This document shows positions 38,495-51,173 of a DNA stretch of 64,000 nucleotides, one piece after another; position 1 is the first letter of the stretch; every line of letters begins with the position of its first letter. Both the position numbers and the translations under genes were made by a program. This stretch comes from Lepidodermella squamata (taxonomy: Eukaryota > Animalia > Gastrotricha). The stretch spans positions 682,001-746,000 of the forward strand of contig JBLDXI010000031.1 of assembly GCA_047495785.1 (NCBI GenBank). The letters run 5' to 3'. The notes beneath the pieces were generated by a model. It was not told where the DNA came from and did not search any database. It worked only from the letters and a program-made list of their open reading frames with translations.

Positions 38495-38920
38495 CTCATA
38501 CTCATACTCATACTCTTTATTTATGCAAGTTGCCTTTCGACATTTAGCATTTGGTATCAGACATCATCACAAGGCTTATGAGTCAACTATTCCCATGGTT
38601 GATGGTCGAACCATGGTCCCCAGGCTTTTGCGTGCTGAGTAGCCATATCTTGATTGCCGGTGAATGGCGTCCTACACCGGGAGGGAGGAAACCGCGGTCT
38701 CGGGTGGATTTGCTTGGCGGTGTTACCAGCAGGTACGCACTCGAGGATTGTGCCCTTGGCTCCGTAGTCGGCGACACGTCTTCCTGTCAGCTTGATTTAC
38801 GGTCCCAGAAACGCCGCATTTAATGCGTAGAAGAATGATTGGTGTTGCGGTTCTGGGGATTGAACCCGTGCCTCTTCGCCGCCAGTGAGGTGCTTTGACC
38901 GCTCGACCACTAGCTCCCCC
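38495..38920 (-). mobile_element. tRNA-derived SINE with (GAGTAT)n tail
   Basis: Minus strand starts ggggagctagtggtcgagcggt (A box) ... gggttcaatcc (B box), ~330 nt body, then AATAAA and gagtatgagtatgagtatgag. Confidence 0.75.
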
Positions 38921-39272
38921 TAGCTCTAAGTTCGGGAATTTTGCCACGCGCATCTAAAAATTCTGGCGAAATCAACTCGACTTCTCGTGATTGCGAGACG
39001 GTATACTTAGTATAAAATTGTTCTTGTTCAATATATCCTTTTCGGGATTCCTTCTTGATATCTCGTTTCTCGTTTTGTTTCACAGTCATTGGAAAGCACG
39101 GAAATTGAAGCGCGATCACGAAGCGCTGCTAAATCTCCGCAGCCGGCAGATTTTTCTCGTTTGTTTCGCCGGAAATCATATTTCCGAATAAACAGTTCGG
39201 TTGGAATAACTTTTGATATTCCATTTGTTATCTAACATCAGCAGTAGGCTATGACTGGCTAGAGGGGCGAAC

Positions 39273-41745
39273 ATGATTATTTCTAACATCATTCCAATCC
39301 TATGTTTCGTTCTAGTAAGTAACAGCTACGGTGCCCATCCTTTACTTGAAAGTCTACCAAGAAACCCTGCGATCTACGCTTTGTTTCCACTCGACAGGTT
39401 AGCGACAAATCAAGATGCTGGTCCTGATCAAGTTAAAGGGTCTGTAAAATATAAGAATAAATGGCCGGAGTGTCTTGGTCCTTCACAAAGCCCAGGTACA
39501 TGCTACTCTGGGGATGCAAAAGGAGCCCTGAATAGCTTCCGGACCGCCGATTTCAGAGCTCATCAACGAAAAAGGGCATCGTTCTTCATCGCGTTCTTTT
39601 ATAAAGCTTCAACTAGCGACTCGGCAAAGAGCGGCGGAATTTTGACATATCGAAGCTCTTCTCAAGCAACTCCCGATTTCGAAATTAGCGTAAAGGGTGA
39701 CAGAATCGATATAACATACATCAGTACGTTAACATACGGGAGAGCGCATTTCATTACATCAGGGAGAATGAAACTGCATGAATGGACGTTTGTACAGATC
39801 AGCTACAACGGCCAACATTTACGCGTTCAATACGGCGATCCACGTCAAGACACTATGGAAATGAAAGAAGATGGGGCATCTTTCTATACGGCTAATGAGC
39901 TCTTACTCGCTTCGTCGTTCAGAACTGGAGATGCAATGTCGTGTTTATCGATTTACACATATGCGAATTTTGCAATTCAAGAAATCAAAGGCATAGCACG
40001 GGCGTGCGTTTATTACATTGGTGAGTTTAATTTTAGATTATGCTTCATGAGTAGGAAGGTAATTTTCTCCTAATATTATTTATGAAAAAAACGTCAGTTA
40101 CAACTTTTCTCGAACTAAATCAGGGATTGATCAATCAACCATCAACCCATCAACCATTAACGCATAAAGAAATCTTTCTGTCACTTAATAATAATTAAAA
40201 AATCCCGCAGGGTGGCTACAGTACCAGGGTCTCTAAAAGGTGTTGGGAAATCGTATCAATTTGGGGAAAACGGATAAACGACCAGTGTATCGTAGGATTG
40301 GTGCTGAGCTAGGAGTCGTATTTTTGAACTGACACCAAACTTCGCTCTTGTGTCATCAAAATAGATTTTGCACAATGTATCACCTATAACCCAACGTACT
40401 GCATTTCTAGATATATCTCATCACGCTGATAAACTTTTTCTTTGAGAGCGGCTTCCTAGCTATCACCGTTCTTGAGATAATCGTCCAGGTGTGACAATAG
40501 GTAAGGTCACGTGACAACTTGACGCTGGAATATCTCAATAACGGTAGATGATAAAAAATATGTGGTTCTCAGATTCTTCATCCCCCCATTTTTCTCGGGG
40601 AAGCGGGGAAAGCATAGGGAAAGCACGTGTCAATAGGGAACGAAAAATGAAAAATTTTCCGAAAACATTTTAGGCTTGAATGCACATTTCAGGAAATTCC
40701 TCGACCAATCTTCTACCGCCAGCGCAAACGGCCATGAGCAGTATAGCCACCACACCACCAGAAGAAAAAGTGGAACATGCTCTGGTTTCTCTATTGCCGA
40801 GACCATCAGATTTGTACGCGATTTTCCCTCTCGACGACAAAGTTCGAGGAGACGAGGCTTATCGCGGCGTTCATTGTTCAGCTTGTAACAACGTGTGGTT
40901 TGCAAATTGTTTGGGCCCTTCTGAACTCTATGAAACATGTTATTCAAGCGTGAAGAACAATGCGCCAATAGCTGAAGCATCTATAGAGGATTTGGGAGAT
41001 TTTCCAAAAGCTTTCCTAATTACCTTTTACAATAAACTGGCTAGTTCAACTACTTCAGACGCAAGCTCTGTTCTTACCTTGAGTAACTCTTTTGGCGATA
41101 TGCTAATGGCAATCATTGGTCTGACACTCAACGACTTCAATCCGAACCCTCAATTCTTCATTTCCTGGTCGACTAGTAACGACATAATTGAATCGGAACG
41201 TTTTCAAGGCTCGCAGCCGGGTTTATGGGCGTTCTACAGCATTTTCTACTCAGGCGACGAGCTCATTATTTCCTCTATTACCGGAAGTAACACATCTCGC
41301 ATAGTCATACCACAAGTAGCTTTGCAATTGGATGAAGTGAAAGCAATCCACCTTGGCTTCACATACTACTCAGAATCGAACAGAAAGGTGTATTTCCGCA
41401 ATAATGACGCTCTGGCATGTTTAATAGTGTATAATACGGCTGAAGAATTTGACTCCGATGAGCTTCAACAAATTATGCAATCCTGTGAATCTTATCTAAA
41501 GCTCAATGGTAAGTAACAATATCTCAATATTGGTGCAATTTGGTTTTCACTTCGCGGTAGAAAATGAAACGACTGAAGATACCGACGCGGACGATGGCAA
41601 GTTTTCCACTGATTCCAAACGGAACAGTGCCGCTTCTGGTATCAGACTTAAAGCATATCTAATTGCAGTCGCTTATCTTTGCTTGTTCATTGGAGACCGT
41701 CCGCAAGAAATGCTGGCAAGGCGATTTATTGATGGCTTGTCTTAA
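39273..41745 (+). CDS. Secreted/surface protein with two tandem LamG/concanavalin A-like (pentraxin-like) domains and a GPI-type/hydrophobic C-terminus; exons 39273..40020, 40693..41508, 41561..41745
   Basis: Two homologous domains (LPRxxxxYAxFPLD...CLGPS...TCYS...WxFxxIxYxG...DAxxCLxxY) joined in frame by phase-1 introns; NSAAS followed by a hydrophobic stretch. Confidence 0.7.
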
Positions 41746-42397
41746 AATGTACGAAATCCATGCTTTTTTCATTGTGACTTATCTCCATATTGTGCAAGTA
41801 TTTCTCACATGTTCTCATGTGTAAGGTTTATTAAATAAAACTTTGCTTGCTATCGAGATCGAACCTTTTTTCAAACTGCGGCGAGATACTAATTTTTGTA
41901 TCACCTCGAGATTCCAGTTCTTCACAAAATGCCGACGGAAATTTTAGAGCTAATTGTTTAATTTCGAGAGCAAAATTATTTCAGTTTTCGCGAAATATTT
42001 GAATCAAGGAAGTAACGTAAATGTATTGGTTTGGTGAATCTCGGGGACAGAGAGAGAAGTACCGCACTGCGGGGGAGGGCTGGGTCAGACCCACCAGTTC
42101 ACTCGTGCAGTGCAGTGTACACATCCAAAGACCAAAGGGGAACCTCTTACCCTTTTGACGACTTTCATCATTACCAGTTTTTTGCCAGGGATGAGAGGAT
42201 TCATTGAAAATCAGACCATTTTAGCGGGTTTCAATAAACTTGAACACCACAATGGTCATGAGTTCTACAGCACCTGAGAACAATATTTCACACCAGCCTA
42301 TTCGTCTCATTCCACGAAGCCGGAAATTGGAAAATCACGCAACTCACGTATCAATTTCATCGAAATTGTAAATTCTACTAGACCTATATTGTATAAC

Positions 42398-43642
42398 ATG
42401 CGACTGATACGCCAAGCTTTCTACTCCATTTTACTCGTAACCACACTGTTTCGTACTAACTGCTCCGCTGTTAATGACGGAATCTCTACAGAGTCTTTGA
42501 TGATTGACTTTGCCTTATGCAACCAGCTGGTTTCAGACTGCGAATACCTGCGAAACCCACTAGCATTACCATATGGCGCAATATATGGCAACCCGCAATT
42601 GCTGATTTACTTTGAACCATTATCCTTTCAGGGAATCAATGATGTTGATCAAACTTTCTCCATGCAAGGAGTGCTATCTGTTGATTGGGTCATCGGGCCA
42701 CCATGCAATATAACAGAAACCGTTCTTTCAGTCTTCGCTAATTCAAGCATGGCAGGCGAGGACTTGATGAGATTCGGGTGGTGTGAAATCCCGGCAAAGC
42801 AAATGTGGACACCCTCGTTACAACACTTAAATCAAATAGGAAATAACGACCCACTCAAAAAGTTGGAATTTTTCTGCAAATGCAAAAAAACATGAATGAT
42901 CTTTGATTATCTAGCCCGAGGAATCTTTTCGTCGATGTCTTTGGCAGGGTCTTGCTGAATTTTGGAGCTAAATTCGACTCCTCTTGCTCAATGTCCTTCC
43001 AAAAGTTAGAATTTTGCTTTAAGTTATTAATGCTAGTGGGTTGTTGATACTTTTAGGTTTCCTTTCGATGAACAATCTTGCTCTATCAATATCAGAACCT
43101 TGATGCCAACATTTCAGTTGAAAGCATACCCTGCTTTGAATCTGACATTTCATAGCGAATTGTGGCATGTTTTCGAAGAGAAGCCCGAATCAAGCAGAGG
43201 TGTTTTATCGTTCAACTTTTTATTGAAAAGAAAGCCCGAAACCTTCGTCCTGCCTATTTTGCTGCCAATTATATTTCTCACCGTTTTGCAACTCGGAACC
43301 TTTTGCATCCCACCCGAGGCTCCAGATCGTGCGACATATTCCATAACAATTTATCTGGCAATGACTGTCATGATGCAGTCATTGAACGCGATGCTCCCCG
43401 CTTCATCTGAACTCACAATTATTGGAGTGAATTTCGCCCTTCAAATGGCAATCGGCGTAATTGTTACCGTCTATTCTCTTTTGATGTGCTGGCTGGCTAA
43501 CAATAAAATCTATCTGCGCGCAAAATTTGGATACAGTAATTTAACATTAATTTCGCTAATTGACTTTGTAATGTTCTGTTTCACAGTTTTTCTGTATGCA
43601 AGCACTGATGTTTTCACGTTTATTTTCATGCTAATAAGCTAG
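42398..43642 (+). CDS. Minimal Cys-loop ligand-gated ion channel subunit; exons 42398..42861, 42915..43004, 43057..43642
   Basis: Paralog of 35004; CSMSFQKFPFDEQSC; PPEAPDRATYSITIYLAMT; 4 TM. Confidence 0.88.
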
Positions 43643-44132
43643 AATCTCTCAAAATTTGTGTCTTATCCAAATTCCAGTGATGCTGTGAGCCTCAAAATTC
43701 AACCTTCGAAATTCGATTCCTATTTTGCCTGAATGAATAAACTTAATGCCTGACTAGTTGTATTTTCTTGAAAGTTTCCCTGATGCATTTGACCTGGTAA
43801 GTTTTAAGTTCCCGAGATTCGACTGATGTCACATCATCGCTGTTCCTGCTCCTTGCAAGCAGTTCAACGAATATTTATTTCAATCGGTATACGAAAACAT
43901 TGATCGGTGAAATATTTCTCGCGATATTGAAGTTGCAGTTATCTGTGGCCGGTGAATTTTTCATTTCCTAACCACATCTTTATTAAAACTGGGGAAAATA
44001 TTATGATAGCTGAGCCGGCACTACAGTCGAGCTTAGCACGAAATAAAATTCGAACGATTCATTGACTTATATAAACTCGACCGGAAGTGGTAGGCTGAAA
44101 GCTGAAAGCTAACAAAGTTATCTCAAAAGAAA

Positions 44133-45482
44133 ATGCTTGGAAATAAGCAAAGAATGCTATCAATGCACATCATCATGGCAAGTGCTTTTCTTCTCACTTC
44201 GTGTAACGAAGACAACCGACTCCTTCCGATGGATAACGCGATTGATGAAGATGAGGTTGAATGGCCAGAAACAGTCGACGATTACTTCCTGTGCAAGAAG
44301 CTCGTTGAAGAATGCGAATACTTGCGAAACCCTCTTGCGTTACCTAAAGGCGCTATATTCCGCGGCTCGCTGCTAAACTTGAATTTTGAGCCAGTGTCAT
44401 TCATAGGAATCAGCGACGTCGAACAAGCTTTCTCTATGCAAGGCGTGCTCTATATCAACTGGTACATCAAATCGTCATGCAATTTGACAGAAATAGCCCA
44501 AACGTTTATCGCCAACTACAGTCTCTCTGTCGAAAACTACGATGACCTCGGATATTGCAACATTCCAGCTTCGCAAATGTGGACACCATCTCTGCAGCAC
44601 TTCAATGGCATAGGAAACAATGATCCCTTCGAAAGGTGAGCTAATTTGTTGCACGAATTCAACCCAGATATTTTTATTGAACAATAGCCCCTCAAGATTG
44701 ATGGTGAGTGTATTTGGCATGGTCATTTGGACCGTGTCGGCCAAGTTTGACTCTTCTTGCACGATGGTCTTTAGAAAGTAAGTCAACAGCGAGATTCCCA
44801 TGATCGTGCCTTGACGGAGAATATTTACAGGTTTCCTTTTGATGAGCAACTTTGCTCAATCGATATCAAAAGCCTAGGCGTAAAATTGGGATTCAATCCG
44901 GCGCCAGCTTTGAATGACACCTTTGAGAACGAGTTATGGCTGGTGTTTGAAAGGAAAGGTGAACAATGATAGCTAGATATAAAATCACCTTTATGATTTA
45001 TATGCATTCTAGAATATTTGACTGAAGACAAAACGATGCTATCGTTGAATTATCTGTTCAAAAGAAAGCCTGAAACTTACATCCAAACAATTTTGTTGCC
45101 TGTTCTTTTTCTCACCGTTTTGCAACTTGGAACATTTTGCATCCCAGCCAAAGCTCCGGACAGAGCAACATATTCGAGCTCGATTTATCTAGCCATGACT
45201 GTAATGATGCAGTCTGTGAATGCTTTGCTGCCTACGACTACAGAACTTACAATCATAGGAGTGAATTTAGCCCTCCAAATGGGGATCGGTGTTCTGGTTA
45301 CTGTTTACTCTTTAATAATTTGCTGGTTGGCGAACAATCGTAAATATCGCCGTTTTTTGAATGCTAAATTCAGCCCGTTTTCTGTTACATTGATATACTT
45401 CGTCGACACCGCTGCATTTACGTGCACAGTTTTGTTATACGCCGCTACTGACGTTACAACCCTGATTCTGATGATAACCTAA
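44133..45482 (+). CDS. Minimal Cys-loop ligand-gated ion channel subunit; exons 44133..44635, 44688..44777, 44831..44958, 45013..45482
   Basis: CTMVFRKFPFDEQLC; PAKAPDRATYSSSIYLAMT; 4 TM; start could be a later Met. Confidence 0.85.
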
Positions 45483-45652
45483 AGCTGTGTGTTTTTTGTA
45501 CAGAAATTAATGAAACCACAGGTGCGAAATTGTAATTAAAATTTACCTCGTATAACTCAAGTTACACGCTTTGTGAGTTGTGGGCGAAAATACATGGCCG
45601 TTTTCCGGATTCTATTTCATTCAGCCTATTGTCGCCGTCCTGTATCAGAAAG

Positions 45653-46660
45653 ATGCTTACAAGACTTTATTTAATTTTAGTTTTCGTAGCATACGCCTCT
45701 TCGCAGCTTGATTTTTTCTACCGACAGAGATCTTTTGTCAATTGTCGATCCGATCAATTTCGCTGTCGAAATGGCAAATGCATTAGTAGAAGGGAAATCT
45801 GTGATGGCGTAAACGATTGTGGTTCATAGATGAATAAAATATCTTAAAGCTTTTATAACTCTTCTTTTGGCCATCAGGAGACTGGTCACCCGGATCTGAC
45901 GAATCGCAATCTCTTTGCGCGAACAAAGTCTGGCGACAAAGCTGTATCGATAGAAACGGCTTTAGTTGCGAAAATGGCAACTGCGTTCCGAAATTTTTTC
46001 AATGCGATCAAGTAAACGATTGCGGTAGTTTAGCAATAATACCCAGAAAGTGTCGAAATCAAGAAGAATTCTCACAGGTGATTGGACTGACGAGAAGGAA
46101 TGCCCAGCTCTATGTGGGGTGGCTGAATTCAGCTGTGATTCAGCTACCAGGTGCATTCCAATCCAATGGCGATGTGATGGAATCCCAGATTGCGGTAAAA
46201 ATTGTTCTCATTTCAAGAAAAATCTTCACAGAATCTACCCTAGTCGACCGAAATGACGAAAGAGGCTGTGCGACTTTGCCAACGTTTGATACTCAAACAA
46301 CTACGAACTGCAAAAGGCCATCATTCCGTTGTAGAAATGGAAAGTGCATTGCCCAAATCAGGCGGTGCGATCGAAGAGACGATTGTGGTAAATTTCGATA
46401 TTAACCGTTGACTTTCCAGCCATTTCGTGATTCTTTGTAGGGGATGGAAGTGACGAGGAGTTTTGTCATCTGTTTGCAGAATGCAGCAAGCAGCAATACA
46501 AATGCGATGGGAAGTGTACTGATCCCCACAACAGATGCGACCTATACCAAGACTGTGGTAAGCTTTTTCAGTTTTCCCAGCATTTTGAGAATAATGCACC
46601 TCAATTTAAGCCGATGGAAGCGATGAAATGTTCTGTGAAGCAATGACATACGAACAATAA
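45653..46660 (+). CDS. Secreted protein of five LDL-receptor class A repeats, no TM; exons 45653..45821, 45878..46024, 46078..46194, 46244..46387, 46441..46557, 46611..46660
   Basis: Signal peptide; repeats such as [14 protein letters not shown]...CDGVNDC..SDE; all introns phase 1; ends [15 protein letters not shown]. Confidence 0.85.
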
Positions 46661-47320
46661 TCCTGCAGTGGCAAAACTTATAGCCAATTATGATTAAAGA
46701 CTGAATCTAATTCCGCACTGCCCAAAATGGAATTCAAGAGTCTCAAGCTTCTTTGAACTGTACAATCTTAAGCTTTTTTTTTAGCTTATCTCGTTGGCTG
46801 TAATTTAGAGCTGATATTAGTCCAAATTCCCAGGTAGGAAAACCAGATTTTTGATAATATTTTCCAGCTTTGGACATTAGATTGAGGGCGGAACTAAGTT
46901 GAAAGTATTTATTGATCTGATAATCATTAATTCATAATCTTGAAAATCTCCAGCATACCCCTTACATGAAACCACTCGTAAATGACGTTTCTTCCACGTT
47001 GAGAGATCTATTTTAGAAGTGATGCCAGCCCCTCATTCATGAATTCTTTACTGTTTACACGCAAATTTCTCTAGTAGTAAATCTTCACGCCTCCGGTGCA
47101 TTCAGCTGTCATTCTTTTTGAAGTAAAACCAAGCGTAGCGCCATCGATCTGCTGCTTTAGTAACGTAGGCGCGCGGCTCCCCCACAACAATATTGACCAT
47201 TTTCCACGAACAATGAGCGCACAGGTCGATATTTGCCGTTGGTGGTATGTATAATAAGTAGGTAGAGATCCCACAACTGCGCATCATTCCAACCGAAAAA
47301 GTTGTCTAACTCACTTTTCA

Positions 47321-48477
47321 ATGAAAGAGACTGCAGATCGTGTGGTAAGTCCAGATTATCAACTCCAAAATTTAATATTATATCTTTGCATACCTTTCAG
47401 CTAGCGGAGGGGGTGAAATACCTTCATAAATGGGCGATCAAGGGTGATCTAAACGAGATCAAATCAATGTTTCGAGAAATCCAAATCACTGCACCCAAGT
47501 CAAATTCTCGTCAAATCATCACATACTTGGTAGAATTTCGCAATGCTAACAACTATAGCCGAACTGCTTTGATGGAAGCTGCGGCGAATGGCCAGACCGC
47601 TGTTGTTCAATATCTAGCCATGGAACTGGGGGCAGATGTATTTGCAAGGAGTAATGCTGATGATTTCGAGTCTATGCCCATCCACCAAGCTGCTGAGTTT
47701 GGCCATCTAACTACAGTCCGTTTTCTAGTCGATTTTCGGCATGAATTGCTCGAGGCGAAGAACAAAGATGGCGACACCCCGCTGAGCCGGGCTGCTTTGA
47801 ACGGCCACTGCCTAGTCGTTGAATTCCTTGTCAAAGAGCGGCGGGCGAAAGTTGACGTGAAAGGGCAATTGGGTCGTACCCCACTTCACCACGCAGCCGC
47901 GGCTGGAAATTTGGCAATTTGCCAATTTTTGGTTGAATACGGAAATGCTGATGTAGCAGCTCGGGACTCAGATTTCGGAAGTACCCCTCTTCATCTAGCT
48001 GCGTCCAGATCTGGAGACCTAGCCACGGTCAAGTACCTGCTAAGTATCAGGCCTGATCTACTCGAGGCTAGAAATAAGGTCGATGACACTCCGTTATGTC
48101 GCGCTGCTTACAACGGCCATTTAGCCGTTGCTAGGTACCTGATTGAAGCTAGAAATGCTAATGTCGAGGTGAGAGGTGAATATGGCCGAACTCCCTTGTT
48201 GATAGCTGCTTCAACTGGTAAGACAGAAGTGGTGAAATTCCTAATTCAAGAGGCTGGTGCCAACGTATTTGCCAGGGACGATTCTCAGGATCAAGTTACG
48301 GCTATACATCTAGCGGCTTATTTCGGGTTTGTAGAGATAGTGGAACTGCTGCTGCAGAGGAGTAACGATTTGCTGGAAATTCCGTCGAATCGCGGTAAAA
48401 CTCCGCTGGCCTATGCTAGATCTCAAGATCGGGCAGCGGTCTTCACTTTTCTGCGTCAACGTGGAGCTAAAAAGTGA
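47321..48477 (+). CDS. Ankyrin-repeat protein; exons 47321..47344, 47401..48477
   Basis: About 10 ankyrin repeats, closely paralogous to the ankyrin exon of the 31486 kinase. Confidence 0.85.
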
Positions 48478-48943
48478 ATTCCAGAAGAAATCTCAAACAT
48501 TTTGTTTTTGTCTGTGAAATTATTTTGATTTTCTTCTGAGAAGAGTAAACGTCTTTTCGTGTTTCCAATCTACATTGTGACTCATAAATAAAAGTTTAAT
48601 GAATGTAGACGTTGAGTTCTGTTTGTTTATGCATATCACAACCTTCCACCAGTACCATATACCACTAGTACCTAGAAAGCAGCCATCTCGCATAATACTC
48701 AGGTGCCTTTCAATACCATTCATCTCTTTCAAGTTGCAAGATTTTAGGGAAGGATTCTTCCCGAACACTTAACAGTTCCCGAACCAGTTATTAGCACTAT
48801 AGATCCTTTCGAACTAATTTTTACGTTGTGATTCCAATATTTTATATCCGCAACGTCACAACAGTCGGAAATTGCCAGTTTCGTCAGTTGCGCATCAGGA
48901 TTGATTTCGCAGCATTGTATCAAGCATAAAGAAACAAATTATC

Positions 48944-50205
48944 ATGATATTTCGACAAAGTTTGTATCTTCTGATCCTCGTGTTTCATAGAATATGTAAC
49001 AGTCAAAATCACAGTACCAGCGAGAATCCCACCATATTGCCAGCCCCTGTCAAAGATTATAAGCTGTGCAAAACATTAATCGAGCAATGCGGGTACTTGC
49101 GAGATCCTCTAGCCTTTCCAAACGGTGCAATATTCGGTGATTTGATCGTATACGCTGATTTCACACCGTCATCTCTCCAGGGCGTCTACGATATCGAGCA
49201 AAGCTTCTCCATTCAAGGCGAGCTACATATTCAGTGGTCACTTGAATCATCCTGCGATTTTCATGAAACCGCTTCGTCTTTCATTGATGAGCATTTCGGA
49301 ATGTCATTGGAAGACAAACCGATTGGTTGTGAAATCCCAGCGTCACAAATGTGGACTCCGTGGCTGCAGCACGCTAACCGTATCGGAACATACAATCCTT
49401 TCAATGAGTATGGCAATCTTATGAATTTTTCTAGCAGAAACTCTTGTTATTTTTATAGCGCCTCAATGCTACTTGTCAATGTTGATGGACTCGTTGTTTG
49501 GCCGGTGGCGACAAGATTTGATTCTTCATGCTCGATGTCATTTCGAAAGTGAGCTTTAAGAAATTGAAAAATCTTGTGTTTCACAATCAAAAGATTGCCA
49601 GATTCCCTTTCGATACACAGTACTGCTCCATTGACATTAAACGACCGAACGCAATTTTCCGATTAGAATCTTTTCTAGCTGAAGAGAATCGCACGTTGGA
49701 CAACGAATTATGGCTTGTTTACGAGGGCGAACGCGAGTCAACACCTGGCAAGTTATCGTTCAAGTTTGTTTTCAAACGGAAGCCTGAGACCTTCATCTTA
49801 CTCATTTTGCTGCCGATTCTTTTCCTTACCGTTTTGCAAATCGGGACGTTTTGCATACCACCAAAAATGCCGGACCGGGCGTCTTACTCCATCACGATTT
49901 TTCTGGCAATGACTTTCATGATGGAAACTCTGAATAGCATGCTACCCGTGACTTCAGATGTTACAATTATTGGCATTAATTTCACGCTTCAATTAGCAAT
50001 TGGTGTACTTGTTACTGTTTACTCCTTAGTAATGTGTTGGATAGCTAACAGTTCTTATCGTTCGTTAATGAGAGCGAAATTAGTTAATACGACCATTACT
50101 TTGTCTAACACAATTGACGGGGCTGCTTTCGCGGTTACTTTGATACTGTACGTAACAACCGATGTCACAACGCTTGTTTTGATGACCTCTGATAGTAATG
50201 AGTAG
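48944..50205 (+). CDS. Minimal Cys-loop ligand-gated ion channel subunit; exons 48944..49407, 49459..49548, 49602..50205
   Basis: CSMSFRKFPFDTQYC; PPKMPDRASYSITIFLAMT; 4 TM; most similar to 35004. Confidence 0.88.
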
Positions 50206-51173
50206 AGGATATTTCTCTTTAACTCTTTGTCTTCGTGTCTTCTTATCGCAGGATCAAATCCAAACCTGAAATGCGAACTCGAGTGTAATCTGACTGTTGC
50301 TAGGTTTGATTAGAAACTCAATCAAAGCTCGGGTATAGAGTAAATCATCAGAAATGAAATAATAGGGCGCCTAACTTTCAAATATATTAGGAGATTGTTC
50401 AGGTGAGTCGAAAGCTCAATGTTTGCTATTCGCTTCAATAAAACTTACAGCAATTTACTCGCATATCCTTTATCCGCGATTTCACCGAAGTTAAGTAAAA
50501 TTTACCGGAAAGTGAAAATCGAAGGTGAATAGCTTGCAACTTTCAATGGTTTTACCTGGTTTTATGAGATTTGTAATGCCTTTAGACTTCAGAATATAAA
50601 ATCAGATATTTTCTCCGCTTTTTCTTCGATTTCTTCGTCAATGTGCGCTGCGATAATGTCGAAATTTTCTGAAGATTGAAATGAAAGTGAAAGGAATCGT
50701 TCCCTTAAAACCGTCTAATTATCCCTTAGAATACCATTAGGATCTTCGGCGATGCTTCCCGATATCAGTGTGAGTTTCAGCTCAAAGCCTCAATCTTGCC
50801 TGTCCTCTAAATCGGTGCGACTTGTCAGCAGTGCATAGCTTAGCTTAGTAAGAGTCTGGAACAAAGTCTCGGCTATAGCCGGCAGTCTGTAGTACATAAG
50901 CACTCGGTGTCTGTATTTACCTAGTAGTCATAGCAGACCCGAGCAACTCACGGCTCTTGTCCCGCTATTGTTTGTTTACGCCAGACTTGGGCTGCACACT
51001 CGACGAGCCAGGCGGTTGTAGCGGCCAGAACGCTGCTGCGTGACGCACCCGGCTATAATCATACCTAGAAACGGTTTTCTGCGATAAGTCATCATCCGCT
51101 TTACACAGATACAGATTCAATGGCTTGTTCCCACTACTACTACTAACGGCTCATGGCCATTTGACGATCAAGC

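Noticed and set aside
38845-38920. Functional tRNA gene on the minus strand
   Set aside because: Has A/B boxes but no proper acceptor stem and continues into a SINE-like body and tail
40400-40560. Short inverted repeat (accgtt.ttgagata / tatctcaataacggt) in the LamG gene intron
   Set aside because: Probably an internal DNA-transposon remnant; boundaries and TSD not identifiable
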